A stretch of 64,000 nt of DNA from Macrostomum hystrix (taxonomy: Eukaryota > Animalia > Platyhelminthes), in assembly GCA_950097015.1 (NCBI GenBank), contig CATNEN010000038.1, positions 6,510,001 through 6,574,000 on the forward strand, in the 5' to 3' direction. Shown in pieces: positions 1 to 12,860 of the stretch. The notes beneath the pieces were generated by a model, which was not told where the DNA came from, searched no databases, and saw nothing but the letters and a program-made list of their open reading frames with translations. The translations under genes were made by a program, and so were the position numbers. How positions within the stretch are numbered: position 1 is the stretch's first letter; each line of letters begins with the position of its first letter.

Positions 1-75
1 GCCGCCTGGCAGGTGCTGGCCGACTTCTACAACAAGGCCGCCGCCTCTAGCAACAATTCGCCTGAGACCAACTGA
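1..75 (+). CDS. 3' end of the last coding exon of an upstream gene (AAWQVLADFYNKAAASSNNSPETN*)
   Basis: GC-rich open frame from base 1 to TGA at 73-75, followed by AT-rich UTR-like sequence; product unknown. Confidence 0.5.
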   Translation, partial: AAWQVLADFYNKAAASSNNSPETN

Positions 76-282
76 GGCCTGAGCAGTTATTCGATTGAAA
101 AATTAACTTTTTTTTTGCTTTTCATAATTCTTTTAAGCCTCGCTTAATATTCTTTATTGCTGGCGTTGTCGCTAAAGTGTTGTTCTGTACTTATCTGAGC
201 GAGCCCCTCTGTCTGTTACTTGTTTCTGTTGAAAATAATCTGGGATTGGTAAAAATAATCCAATGGGTTTATTGAAGGACTG

Positions 283-1075
283 CTCTGGTAGGATTCCTCT
301 GGGATTTCTGCTGGGATTCATCTGGGATTTCTGGTAGGATTCCTCTTGGATTTCTTGTAGGATTCCGCTGGGATTTCTTGTAGGATTCCTCTGGGATTTC
401 TGCTGGGATTCATTTGGGATTTCTGGTAGGATTCCTCTTGGATTTCTTGTAGGATTCCTCTGGGATTTCTGCTGGGATTCATTTGGGATTTCTGGTAGGA
501 TTCCTCTTGGATTTCTGGTAGGATTCCGCTGGGATTTCTTGTAGGATTCCTCTGCGATTTCTGCTGGGATTCATCTGGGATTTCTGGTAGGATTCCTCTG
601 GGATTTCTGGTAGGATTCCTCTGGGATTTCTGGTAGGATTCCTCTGGGATTTCTGCTGGGATTCATCTGGGATTTCTGGTAGGATTCCTCTTGGATTTCT
701 GGAAGTATTTCTCTGGGATTTCTGGTAGGATTCCTCTGGGATTTCTGTTAGGATTCCTCTGGGATTTCTGTTAGGATTCCTCTGGGATTTCTGGTAGGAT
801 TCCTCTGGGATTTCTGCTGGGATTCATCTGGGATTTCTGGTAGGATTCCTCTTGGATTTCTGGAAGTATTTCTCTGGGATTTCTGGTAGGATGCCTCTGG
901 GATTTCTGTTAGGATTCCTCTGGGATTTCTGTTAGGATTCCTCTGGGATTTCTGTTAGGATTCCTCTGGGATTTCTGGTAGGATTCCCCTGGGATTTCTG
1001 GTAGGATTCCTTTGGGATTTCTGGTAGGATTCGTCTGGGATTTCTGGTAGGATTTCTCTGGTATTTCTTGTCGTA
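283..1075. repeat. Minisatellite, 23-bp unit GGATTCCTCTGGGATTTCTGGTA
   Basis: Tandem copies visible directly; edges approximate. Confidence 0.95.
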
Positions 1076-2450
1076 TTTCTCTAGAATTCGGGAAGGATTT
1101 CTCTGAAGTTTATTTATTATTCGTGTATTCTTTAGTTTTCGTTATCATTGCAGCAAATTTCTTAAAAAAAATTCTTGTTGCTACTAATCAGAAGTCGCTC
1201 TCTACAGCAATACAGATCAGTTTTTTACTATTCCAAGTGGGACAGGGAGGTTTCCTGTTGTTTTTTAAACAACAAACAACAAAGTTTTTATTTCAGCAGT
1301 GCAATGGTCAAGCATACTCTACCGCTTGTATGTGACTAATTTACAATGTAATGTAATTGGTTTAAAAAAAGTTTTTAAAAAACTCCCTACTTCTCGTCTG
1401 CTCTGCACGGGTTACAGTGCCGTCATCAAAGCATCAAATTTCTTTCGCCGTTAATTTATACGTTTTTTCAAGAACCTCTGATTTAAGTTTTTTGTCGTTT
1501 CTCGTTGTGCGCTTCCCACTCTTAACAGTAGTAGATGTTAGATGCCTTTCATTCATTATCGTCATCTTTGTTAGCTTTTTGTTGTTGCTAATTTTTTGTT
1601 GACTTGAGTTTTCTACGTCGCGACTGGGAACCAGTTAACTTATTGCAGGAGGCGCATTTGAGATTTGAGATTGTGTACTTTTACTAGGGCGCTGTACTTT
1701 TGAAGGGCGTGATGTACTTTAGAGAAACGCAGTTTGTTGTATTTCTCAGTGAGGCGGTGCACTTAACCACATGAATTCAGTTAGTTATCAATTATCAGGT
1801 ACAGGCACACAGATTAACCATCTGCTCGAAGGCTTCCACATATATTGATGTCGAATGTTTATTATCAAATATTTATTGTGCATGTTGTCTGTTTGATAAG
1901 TGTTTCGCTTTTTAGCACTGTACTTCTATCTCAATAGCAATTCTAAAGCTGCTAGCAAATTAAACAATTATAAATGATCAACTAATTAGTGTTTTTTGTT
2001 AAGCTTTTTTTCCACTGGGCTTCAGTTACTCATGACGAAATTACCAATCACAGAGTAATTCGAAATATATTCTATATTGAATTCTAGATTTAAGACTGGC
2101 ATTGCTTTCAGGCTTTGTTCTGGAACATGAATTCTCACCTTTAGCTGTCCTACTACACTCAGCTCTGGCTTTAATTATTTCTTTAAGCCAGAGTCTAAAA
2201 CTACAGTCTAAACTCCACCACGGATTATTACATTCGCAACCTGACATTTCTACTTAAAGTAGTCTATTCGTATAAGACTCAAATGATTCTGGTCGTACGG
2301 CTGGCAAACTGAGAGTAGTATTTATAAGTTAGTTAAGTGTAACCCACAACACCCACCCACCCCCCACCCCATCGGAACTCGCATGACTTGCTTTTTTGCG
2401 TTGCTCCAGCTCAGTATATTTTATTTTGGCAGCACGAAAATTGCATGTAG

Positions 2451-3118
2451 GAGGATTGCTTGCCAAAGACTGTTGGCAGGAAAACTGCTTGCCGAGAATT
2501 GCTTGCCGTGGATTGCTTGCCAAAGACTGTTGGCAGGAAAACTGCTTGCCGAGAATTGCTTGCCGTGGATTGCTTGCCAAAGACTGTTGGCAGGAAAACT
2601 GCTTGCCGAGAATTGCTTGCCGTGGATTGCTTGCCAAAGACTGTTGGCAGGAAAACTGCTTGCCGAGAATTGCTTGCCGTGGATTGCTTGCCAAAGACTG
2701 TTGGCAGGAAAACTGCTTGCCGAGAATTGCTTGCCGTGGATTGCTTGCCAAAGACCGCTTGCCGAGAACTGCTTGCCGTGAATTGCTTGCCGAGAATTGC
2801 TTGTCGTGGATTGCTTGCCGAGAATTGCTTGCCGAGAATTGCTTGCCGAGAATTGCTTGTCGTGGATTGCTTGCCGAGAATTGCTTGCCGAGAATTGCTT
2901 GCCGAGAATTGCTTGCCGAGAATTGCTTGCCGTGGATTGCGTGCCAAAGACTGTTGGCAGGAAAACTGCTTGCCGTGAATTGCTTGCCAAAGACCGCTTG
3001 ACGAGAACTGCTTGTCGTGAATTGCTTGCCGAGAATTGCTTGCCGTGGATTGCTTGCCGAGAATTGCTTGCCGTGGATTGCTTGCTAAAGACTGTTGGCA
3101 GGAAAACCGCTTGCCGAG
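2451..3118. repeat. Minisatellite, 57-bp unit built from ~14-bp GAATTGCTTGCCGA-like subunits
   Basis: 19-aa periodicity in the ORF track; decays to 14-bp monomers after ~2750. Confidence 0.95.
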
Positions 3119-3559
3119 ACCTACACAGGTAATATAGAATCTGTGATTAATAGTGTATTTTTCTGGCAGTCAAAGCTTTTTTGTCTATGGCCTTTTGGGT
3201 TGACTGCGCAGCTCGATACTCGAGTTCTATTTATAGTTGATGCATTAAATGCTATCAAAGTTTGTCTGTGGCATTTTTATTTTGTTCACAGCTCGAGACT
3301 GAAAGTAAAACAAGGACTATCTGCTGAAACAGTGGTATAAGCAACAAATACTTTCATAGATGTGGCAGCTGTCTATGGCCGTCCTCGGCCTGGCCGTCGG
3401 TACAGTAAAATTACTGCAGCAAAGATCACTAGAAAGTTAACTACGAAGTTAAGAGGTAAATTAATCTTTATTAGAAAACTGCCTTCTAGTCTTCTTAACT
3501 GTCGAAAAATAGAAACGCACTTATTTGTAGAAACTTTTTTTCGCAACGCCCTGAAAACT

Positions 3560-4120
3560 ATGAAAACGAGGTTGTACCTGACTCCCAGCCTGCTGGTACT
3601 TCTCTACTTGCTGACTGGCTTCGAGCCCTGCATTGCAGCAGAGTGTCTGCCGCAGACGATGGAAAGAATTGTGGCACCTGAGCTTCGCTCCGCATACGAA
3701 GTTCAAGCGAATGGTCAATACAGATCATTTTTTCGATGCAAAGTATCTGCAGCCTATCTTACCGATGCAAGCCAAGCGAATGGAGTATTGTACCGAGTGG
3801 AATACGAACTGACGTTCACAAATAGGACTTCAATCGACATTCATCCATGCCGCTGGCAGGATGTAAGCATCCCGGTTGGAGAGAACAGGACCTTCGACTG
3901 CAGTTCCGAGCTCGTGCTCTACAGCCAAATCAAGGTGTACGGCGGTTTGGTCACGTGCCGAGCTCTAGCCATGCAGATGCGACATCGCTGGGGCGCGGTA
4001 CTCTGCTGGTCTCTCTGTTGCTCTCGGCTTTCCGACTATTATGTCATAGTCGGGTTACAAAAAGCATTACTGAATGATCCAAATAACAAACAGAAGAGAA
4101 ACCACTTGTTGTATTCTTGA
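3560..4120 (+). pseudogene. Secreted VWDE-like Ig-domain gene, copy A, with C-terminal frameshift
   Basis: MKTRLYLTPSLLVLLYLLTG signal-peptide-like start; near-identical to 36258-36737 until an extra ATGCA at ~3971 shifts the frame, which then runs into the LTR. Confidence 0.65.
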
Positions 4121-4439
4121 AGTAACGAATACAGAGATTCCAATTGTAGTGTTGGTAAATGTAAGTATAGCGCCGAAAGGAGCACTCGGCAGTCGACTGG
4201 ATAAGCGTGTATTTGTAACAGCAGTATTATTAAATACTGGAAAGGTTCTTGAGTGTGTGCACCGCGCGGGGGTTTCTATTTATAGCCTGGGGAGCGAGTG
4301 GGAGAACTTTCTAGAAAGTTCTCATAGATAGCCCGCGGGGGAGGCGCAGAGAAGATTCTGGAAACAACAGAGTGTTATAACAAGTGGTAGAAAGTTCTAG
4401 AAAACTATTTACGGAATTATCGTAACGAAACCCACAACA
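4107..4439 (-). repeat. 3' LTR of the Gypsy element
   Basis: Matches 8840-9172 with no difference seen by eye; preceded on the minus strand by the polypurine tract. Confidence 0.95.
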
Positions 4440-4477
4440 CCTCCCCACCAAAACTGTGAGTACAGCTGATAGAAAGT

Positions 4478-7400
4478 CTATAAGTCCATTTGTAGCCGTG
4501 GCTTTCGCTGCCTAGCCGACCGTCGTGGATTATCTGGTCCGTAGGGCGGCGGGTGTTGGACTTGGTCCGGCGCTCGCCATCCTGGAGGCCTGGGTCGAGA
4601 TCCTGGATGTGCCACCGCTGGTGTGGCCGGCAGCATCAGGTGGCCGGCCGTTTCGTTTTGTTGAGTCGGCAGTGATCCTGGCTCGCTGTCTTCCGCGGAC
4701 ACGTGTCGCGGTTGAAGCTGGTCGAAGTGCCGTCGCCACACCGGGCCGCTTGGGACAACCTTGACGTTGACGCTGCGGCTGCCGTGCCGCTTGGTGACCA
4801 CTGCCGGAACCCAGCGGCCTTCCTTCTCGCGGCGTGGTCCGTAGTAGCGAGCGTAGACCGGATCTCCGACGTTGTAGCCTTCTCGGACGCGAGACACCTT
4901 TTTCCGAGCTCTGGACTCTTCGGCCTGCTTGACTTGGCGATCCTGGGCGAGATGGGCTGGAGATGGCAGCAGAGTATCAATCTGCGTCCTGATCTGCCGG
5001 CCATTTAGGAGTTCGCTCGGAGAGTAGCCGTTGACCGCAGGAGTCCGTCGGTACTGCATCAGGAACTGCTGTAGCGCCCTGGCAGGTGGCAGGCTGGATT
5101 TCTTCAGGGCCTTCTTGAAGGTCTGAACTAGTCGTTCGGCCGCTCCGTTTGTTGCAGGATGATACGGAGCTCCTGTGAGGTGCGCGATGCCGTGTTCGCG
5201 ACACCAAGCTTGAAACTCCTCAGCCATGAATGCCGCTGCATTGTCTGTGACGATGGCGTGAGGGTAGCCGAAGTGGGCGAAGTCTTCTTCCAGAAGCTCG
5301 ATCGTTGCCCGCGTTGACATGGATTGCGTCGGGTGTATGCACGGGTACTTCGAGTAGGTGTCCGTGAGCACTAGCCAGTTGGTGCCGAGGAAGTTGACTG
5401 CGTGATCCAGATGTAGGCGACTCCAAGGCTTCTCAGGCATCATCCACGGATGGACGGCGGCCTTTGGCGGATGATTTTGGTGCTCAGCACAGCTGTGGCA
5501 GCCGTGGCATAGGTGCCCGATGTCGTCGTCGATGTTCGGCCAGTAGACTGCCGATCGGGCCAGCTGCTTCATCCTCTGCATTCCGAAGTGTCCGAGGTGG
5601 AGAATCTTCAGCACCTCATTCCGGAGGTTCCGAGGAATCACAAGACGACAGCCATGCAGAAGACATCCGTTGCAGCAGGACAGCGAATCTTTGACTTTCC
5701 GCAGGCGGGCCAGCTCAGCGTCCTCGTCTCGTCCGATTGGCGGCCAACCTTCTCGACAGTAGCGCATGGCGGTGGAGATGACTGGGTCCCTCGATGATTC
5801 CTTGGCTACGGCTGAGGCGTCAGCCGGCCGGATCTGCAGGCTCAGGACCTTGATCGCACAGACCATGTCGAAGTCGGCTGTGCTCTCCTCCCCGTCGAAG
5901 TCTAGGTCGTCTCCGACTGGCAGGCGACTCAGGGCGTCCGCATTTCCGTGACTCTTCGTCTGGCGGTACTCGATTTCGTAGGTGAAATTGTGGAGCAGGT
6001 TCGCCCAACGAGCCAGTCGGTTTGCCGCCATCACTGGTGTCTCCTTCTCGGGCCCGAATAGAGAAATCAACGGCTTATGGTCCGTGACCAGGATGAACTT
6101 GCGGTTGAACAAGTATTGGAAAAACTTCTTTAGGCCGAAGATGATTGAAAGGGCTTCCTTCTGAATCTGAGGATAGCGGCGCTGAGCATCCGTCAGAGAC
6201 TTTGAAGCGTTGGCGATCGGCCGCTCGCTACCATCCGGGTAGCGGTGGAACAGGACGGCGCCGATCCCGACGTTGGATGCGTCGCAGGAGAGCCCGAGAG
6301 GGAGGTCGGCATTGTAGTGGACCAGCACGTTGTCCGACGAGAGGTCCTCCTTGATCTGTTCGAAGGCCCGCTGCTCCGCGTCGCCCTATGTCCATGGTGC
6401 GTCCTTCCTGGTGAGTCGGTACAGCGGCTCAGAGATCGTGGCCATGCTTGGCGGCAGAAACTTTGCGTAGAACTGGACCGAGCCGAGGAATGACCGGAGG
6501 CTGGACACGTCCTTTGGTGGAGGCATTTCGCGGACAGCGTCCACCTTGGTTCCCTTGGCGATGCCTTCTTTCGACAGTACATAGCCAAGGTACTCGATGC
6601 TGGGCATGGCGAATTTGCACTTCTCCCGTCGGCAGCGAAGTCCCTTGTCAGAAAGGCGTTGGAAAAGCCGGCGTAGGTTTGCGAGATGCTCATCAGCGGT
6701 CGCGCCGCCGACCAGGTAGTCGTCCAAGTAGAAAACGACTCCGGGCAGATCACCGGCTACCATTTCCATGATGAACTGGAACTCACCCACTGCAGACTTC
6801 GGGCCGTAAGCGAGCCGCTTCTGAAGAAGCACACCCCGGTGGGTGCTCAGTGCCAGGCGCCTCTGACTCATCGGTCCCAACTCGATCTGGTTGTAGGCGT
6901 CGGCCAGATCTACCTTTGAGAAGCAGTAGCTGCCTCCCAGCTTCTGTAGCAGTTCCTCTGGGAGGGGCAGCGGGTGACGGTTGTCTTCCAGCTGCGGGTT
7001 GATAGTGCACGAGTAGTCTCCGCAGACTCGCAGTTTCGGCTGCTCTGAGCCGGTCGAGGGCTTTCGCACGGGGACCACGGGCGTCCCGTAGTCATTGAAG
7101 TCAGTAGGCTCCCAGATGCCTCTCCTGATGCCCTCGTCGTAGGCGCGCTCGAGCTCCTCGCGGATGGCGAAGGGGACAGGCCTAGCCTTCCGGAACACCG
7201 GCTTTGCATCCGGGTTAAACTGCAACTCGAGCTTGAAGTCCTTGAGGCAACCCAGCTCGTCCTTCCACAGGTCCGGGAATTCGTCGCAAAGATTTCGGCA
7301 GGCCTTTTGAAGAGCCTCGTCCGGCGGCAGGTGGTCAAACACTGCGTTGACTTCTTGAATGGCGCTGGCAGCGCCGAGCAGTTTGTCGACGGAGATTCCC

Positions 7401-8740
7401 AACAGCTTCGTGGCGGTCCGGCCGAGTAGATTCAAGCCGGGCACCTGTGTGACGATGTACTGGATGTCGTGCTCAGGAGCTGAGCCAGGCAATGTCGTTT
7501 TCCCGACGAAGGTACCTAGTACAGGTAAGTCGTGTCGGCTGGCGGACTCGTAGCGTGACTTCGCTACTTCGAGCGGCGGCGTCCCCAGCTTCTTCCAGAA
7601 TGACTCTGTGATAAAGTTGCCGTTTGTCGCAGTGTCGACCTCGATGGCGAGAGCCTTGCCTTGGATGTGGATCGACACTTCCAGCTTAGGCAGGTCGTCC
7701 TCGGTTCGGGCTACAGCATGTACAAGCACATGCTCCTCGACCTGTTTCACTGGCTTCTCGAAGTTCGCCGCAGGGGCAGATCCTTTGGCCTTGGAACGGC
7801 AGACAGATTCTAGGTGACCCACCTTTTTGCAGTGCCGGCAGGTCGCGTCTTTGAATCGGCAATCGTTTGCCCGATGGTTCTTCGCTCCGCAGCGGTAGCA
7901 CGAACCAGACGCAGAGTCAGTAGTAGACCTGGAAGCAGTAGAATCTGTCGTAAATTTCGCCGAAGTGGCTCCGGGTCGCCGAACCTTCTGCTTAACCTTG
8001 TTAACGGGGCTGGATTTGTCGCCGTAAACCGTCTCCTTGGCGACTCGGGCGGCTTCCTCTGTCTCGATGGCGATCTCGACAGCCCGGGCGAACGTGAGCT
8101 CTTCCACCTTTAATTTGAACAAAGCTTTGAGTACTGCTTCGTTCCTCACTGAGCAGATGAAACGCGTGCGCAGCGCCTCGTCCAGTGGATCTTTGATGGA
8201 AGAGAAATCGCAGGTGGTTGCGTCCTGGCGGATTCTCGCAGCCATTTCCTGGATCGTCTCACCCGGTTTCCGCCGCATGTCGCTCCAGAACCGGAAACGC
8301 TCCCGCACGATGAAGCGCTTGGTGTCATACTGTTCTTCCATGAACTTCTCAATCTCGTCCATAGTGAGCTTGTTGATCTCCTTCCGCGGCGTCTGCTGCG
8401 CTGCCAAGTTTGAGAGAAGCTTGTAGACAGACGGAGACTGGTTCGTCAGGAACACCTGAGCCTTCTTGTCGTCGGGTATGGAGTTCGCGCCCGTGAAGGT
8501 GCAGAATCTGGCCAAGTAGTCGGGCCAGAGCTCGGACGTGGCGTCGAATGGCGAGAAACCCGGAGTCGACGTCGTCACATGTGTCGGCAAAGCTGCAGCC
8601 TGGGACTGGTCCGCTGCAGGCTTTAGAGACCGAATGAGGTCGAGCATCATCTGCCGGTCAGCGTTCCGCTGTTGGCGCTCTTCTTCCATCTGCTGCCGTA
8701 GGAGGCTGATTATGTCCTCGTCTTGCATCGTTTCGGGCAT
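4478..8740 (-). CDS. Gag-Pol polyprotein (Gag with 2 CCHC knuckles, protease, RT, RNase H, integrase) interrupted by one in-frame TAG at 6386-6388
   Basis: CYRCGAKNHRANDC and CRHCKKVGHLESVC; EVDTA protease; YLDD; CDAS...QKEALS...VTDHKPL RNase H; HLGHFG...CHSC; D,D35E. The frame continues across APWT*GDAEQRAF. Confidence 0.93.
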
Positions 8741-8839
8741 GATTGTAGTAGCTTGATCCTTCGGTCAATAGTGACAGTCGTTGTAGATTAGACGTCCTCG
8801 AAGTTGATCAAGATCCTGCTTGCGACGCCAGAAAATCCC

Positions 8840-9172
8840 TGTTGTATTCTTGAAGTAACGAATACAGAGATTCCAATTGTAGTGTTGGTAAATGTAAGTA
8901 TAGCGCCGAAAGGAGCACTCGGCAGTCGACTGGATAAGCGTGTATTTGTAACAGCAGTATTATTAAATACTGGAAAGGTTCTTGAGTGTGTGCACCGCGC
9001 GGGGGTTTCTATTTATAGCCTGGGGAGCGAGTGGGAGAACTTTCTAGAAAGTTCTCATAGATAGCCCGCGGGGGAGGCGCAGAGAAGATTCTGGAAACAA
9101 CAGAGTGTTATAACAAGTGGTAGAAAGTTCTAGAAAACTATTTACGGAATTATCGTAACGAAACCCACAACA
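8840..9172 (-). repeat. 5' LTR of the Gypsy element
   Basis: Followed on the minus strand by the PBS-like TGG... sequence and the gag start. Confidence 0.95.
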
Positions 9173-10419
9173 CCACTGAAGCCGTGACTCGTTTATTCTG
9201 CAAGAATCCGCTCCCGTTTCCAAACTAAACATTTAGGGAAAAATGATTACATTTAAATTTTAAATAAAATTTAAAATGAAAAGAAATCGCCATGAAATAG
9301 AACCCTGTCTGTCACAACGAGAAATAAATAAACAGTCTACCTGGAGCACACAGCTCATCAGAAACATTTTGATGCGATTAATTAAATTGGAAAAAATCTA
9401 CTAAATAAAAAAGTATTTGTTTTGGCTCTTTTAAAAAGCGTCATACTTGTCAGCAAAGTAAAACATTTTAATACTCATTAACGATGGATTCGATATCGAG
9501 CTAATTTGCAAAGCAGTGTTATTTTTCTCGCAAAAAATAATTGTCGACATTTTTTAATTTACAAATTAAAATAGAACGACATAAAAGCATTTTTAGATGG
9601 TAAATTATAGTGCGGCACACTGATCCTAAAAACACTAGATGTGTAAAATCAAGAGAGATCAGACAGAATAGATGAGACAGGTGAGGTTTGATAGGGACAT
9701 GGGACACGGGACATGGGAGAGATGAGACACGGGAGAGTACAGGAGTGCTGTGATCAGACATGGTATAGATCAGGCACGGCTGAGATAAGACGGGAGATTA
9801 TAAGACAGAATATATGAGACAGTATAGAGATGAGATATGGTAGAGATGAAACACGAGAGAAATGACCACTTCGTGGCAACTTTTTGCTTCTGTCTTATTT
9901 TCCCATTATGGTGGATTTGAGTGCCTGCCTGCCCCATTGCTATGCGTAGCGTCGTCACGTGTACGCCTGGCGCTTCCCCCTTCTCTGTGTGCGTGTTGCA
10001 TGTGCATTGTGGGGTAGGTGTCGCGTCACAGAGAGATAGAGATGAGAGTGCATGTACGTAGGTGCGACCAATCGCTAAGCTTTGAAGGTAAAATATAAGG
10101 CAACTGTTGGCCAAAGGCCTCTAAGACCTTTTCTGAACAACCTCAGAGTGAGCTTTTCATTCCTTAACATCCATGTTGCATCTCTCCCGTGCCTTATATC
10201 TCCAGATGCGAAATTATGGGTCAGCCAGCTGTAGTCAAGCTGGCTGCCTAACGGCGCCCTCTGATTTCCCATTGACGTCCTTAAAGCATGGGTAAAAATA
10301 CACTATTAAGATTGGAAAAATACTTTTTACTCTCTTTGCAACTCGAGTTTGACGAGCTTCGCGTTTACTTGACGAGCATAGCTTAGTGTTCGCTTAAAGC
10401 TAATTTTACTACAATAGCT

Positions 10420-11706
10420 TATTACCTATAATTCTCTGTTGCTGGGGGGTATTAGTTCTCTGTTGCTGGGACCTGGGAGGTCGGTTGATGAGCTGGAAAA
10501 GCTAGTGTCTAGATGGAAAGATTGTAGCTAGTGTGGAAGTGAGAAAGCTGATCGGCATCGTGCTTACCGCGCATCATCACCGCAGAGGTACCGATGCGGA
10601 TTCAGGGCAGTGTCTGGCACGGAACCGCGCAACGAGGACCCGTTGGCAGCGGGTGCAGCGTGGTGAGTTACTGCAGAACGATACACGTCATGTAGGTGTC
10701 CTTGAAGGTCCGGCTTGAACTTCCAGTGGTGGCTGATGCGCTCCTTTGCGGCGTCAATAGAGTGCAGCGGCTAGTTTGGCCTCGGCGTCGACCAGTGCGT
10801 TCCTAGGCACACCAGTGTGGCTGGGAACCCACTGGAGGGTGATCTTGGTGCGCTGGGCCGCTGAGGCTTCACATCGTCGAGAACCGATTAGGAAGTTGGA
10901 CGGTCGGAAGAGAGAGGCGAAATGGAGCTTTGGCTGTCCGTAAGGATGGCGGCGGCGGGCGGGGCAGTGGCGGCGATGTCTTCCAGAGCCAGGCGAATAG
11001 CGATCAGCTTCATAGGATCTGCACCAGCAGCCGCATGGCCCCGAAGGATTATGAAATTGGACATCGGGTTCAGCAGAATCCAGGCGGCGCCCCCCTTCTC
11101 GACGCCGCCGGAGACCGAGCCGACGGTCTCTCTGAAGTAGAGAAGGGCCGCTGGGCAGCGCAGGCAGATAGTGCGGTTCACGGCGTCGACAACGTCTTCA
11201 CGGGTACCAGGAATCGAGAGGAAGAGCTCGATCCCCGAATCGAGAAGCGATCCTCCCAGAGTGGGAGGCGGGCACCATGGAGTCGGCGTTTCGGTGGCGG
11301 AATCATGCTGTCACAGATGGCACTGGCCGTTGATGCAGTTGACTTGCCTGTCGAAGATGGGATCGCGGTCAATCCGAATTCCGAGAAATTTGAGCTTAGG
11401 TTTGGTCGGATCTGTTGGCCCAACAGCGAGAGTTAAAGTTGTCGGAGACGATTGGTACTGTCCCGTGAGAACAGACAGCACTCCATCTTCGCCGAGTTGA
11501 TGTCAATGCGCAGATCGTCCGCCCACTCTTCGACCATTTTGAGCACATTTTGCAGACGCTCAAGCTTAGCGACATCTTGAAGCTCAACGACATTTCGACC
11601 CGTGGATCAGATCGCAAAGCCATCGGCGTAGCCGCTGTATTCGACCTGCGGGGCCATCCGGCCAGCCCAGTCTTTTACGTACAAAAGTAAAAGGACCGGC
11701 GACGGC
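10420..11706 (-). mobile_element. Degenerate RNase H-bearing LINE (I-group-like), 3' part
   Basis: Minus-strand frameshifted motifs GYADG, KFLGIRID, ILTDSQSSI, LQWVPSHTGVPRNALVD; left edge approximate. Confidence 0.8.
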
Positions 11707-12860
11707 TGGCACCAAAAAGCACATGCACCGAAAAGCCCAGCAATCAGTTTTGCATATTTTTATTTGACATTAACAAATTTAGTTTTATAACAAAAGGTTT
11801 TAACGACTTCATATAAATAAACGTAAAAACGATAACCAACAAGCCAATCAGATGCCATGGTATTGCAATTAAATAGGGCCTAGCATAGTAGTATGCCACC
11901 CAGAAAAGAATGTTGCTAAAGTTGGCACTACAGTATTTTGTTTGTTTGCATTTTTTCCTTGCTTTTTGAATTTTAGTTTGTTAAGAATTTTGCTAAGCTA
12001 ATCAAAAGCGTAGGAATGACCGATTTTTCGGCACCAGTTCCAGTTCCAGTTACAGTTCCAAAGAATACATAGTGGAAAATTTATTAAAACATAAACCAAC
12101 TTTGTGCATTTCTTAGCACAAAATGCTTTAAAATATCAAAACTGCCAGAAGAAATCTACTCATAATTTTTTATCCAGATTCTCTGCCTAGTCACTGAGTT
12201 ATAGCCTTCTACTTTATTATAGAATGCATGTCCCATCGAACGCTATGCATTATAAAAGTCAATTGTGAAATTTTTGCAGAAAAGCGAAAATTTATCATTT
12301 CAACCGTCAGAGCGTATCGAGTTGACTTTAAATATCAAAACTGCCAGAAGAGGTCTACTAAATGCGCTGTTAGTAACAGTCACTCAGCCTTATCGTTATC
12401 CTTGATAATTTGCTTTGTTTGTTTGCATAAAGTACATTAAAGTCTGACAAATTCAAGAGCTATTCATAGTCAGTCAATTCAAGTTCCTAAACTAACTTAA
12501 CTTTAGTAATTGTGGATCCAGTAGGCCTAGGCCTACAGCATGGCTTCCAAAGGCTTCATTGTCATTCACATGCATGTGACATCATGTAAACAACTAAATT
12601 TAGCTCTCAAATAGAGCATTTTATGTCCCACAAAGTGTTTGATACTTTTCCTTGTAGTGCACCATATCGTTTCTACTTTGTAGTTTTGTGAAAAATAATA
12701 TATAAACAAATATTAATGTTATTATAAAGTAAATTAAAATAAAATTTTTAATGAATAAAACTTATAGGGATTAAAACTTAGTCATAGTTGCTAAGAAAGT
12801 AGTTGTCTTTCATTATGTTGTAGGGCCATTTTATTATATGATACTTGAATATGTATAGGC

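Larger units (their letters stand above)
4107..9172 (-). mobile_element. Full-length Ty3/Gypsy LTR retrotransposon (Mag-like, single gag-pol frame)
   Basis: 333-bp LTRs 4107-4439 and 8840-9172 (TGTTG...CAACA); 5-bp TSD CCACT at 4102-4106 and 9173-9177; PBS-like TGGCGTCGCAAGCAGGAT; PPT GGTGGGGAGG; empty site AACCACTGAAG at ~36780. Confidence 0.97.
3156..11706. repeat. Copy A of a segmental duplication (paralog 35856-40599)
   Basis: 3158-4106 plus 9178-9480 match 35856-37090; 9480-10155 matches 39664-40320; 11433-11706 matches 40320-40599. Confidence 0.9.

Noticed and set aside
2041-2247. Minus-strand ORF with EGF-like CECNNPWWSLDC
   Set aside because: Only a half motif in AT-rich sequence, with no supporting exons
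3362-3559. Upstream GTG-initiated extension of the secreted gene ORF
   Set aside because: The frame is not conserved in paralog B, and the signal peptide begins at ATG 3560
6386-6388. Programmed stop-codon readthrough in Gypsy pol
   Set aside because: The stop lies between RT and RNase H at a conserved Trp, not at the gag-pol boundary; a point mutation is more parsimonious
10156-11432. Apparent insertion unique to duplication copy A
   Set aside because: The LINE motifs continue across 11432 and there is no TSD; better explained as a deletion in copy B
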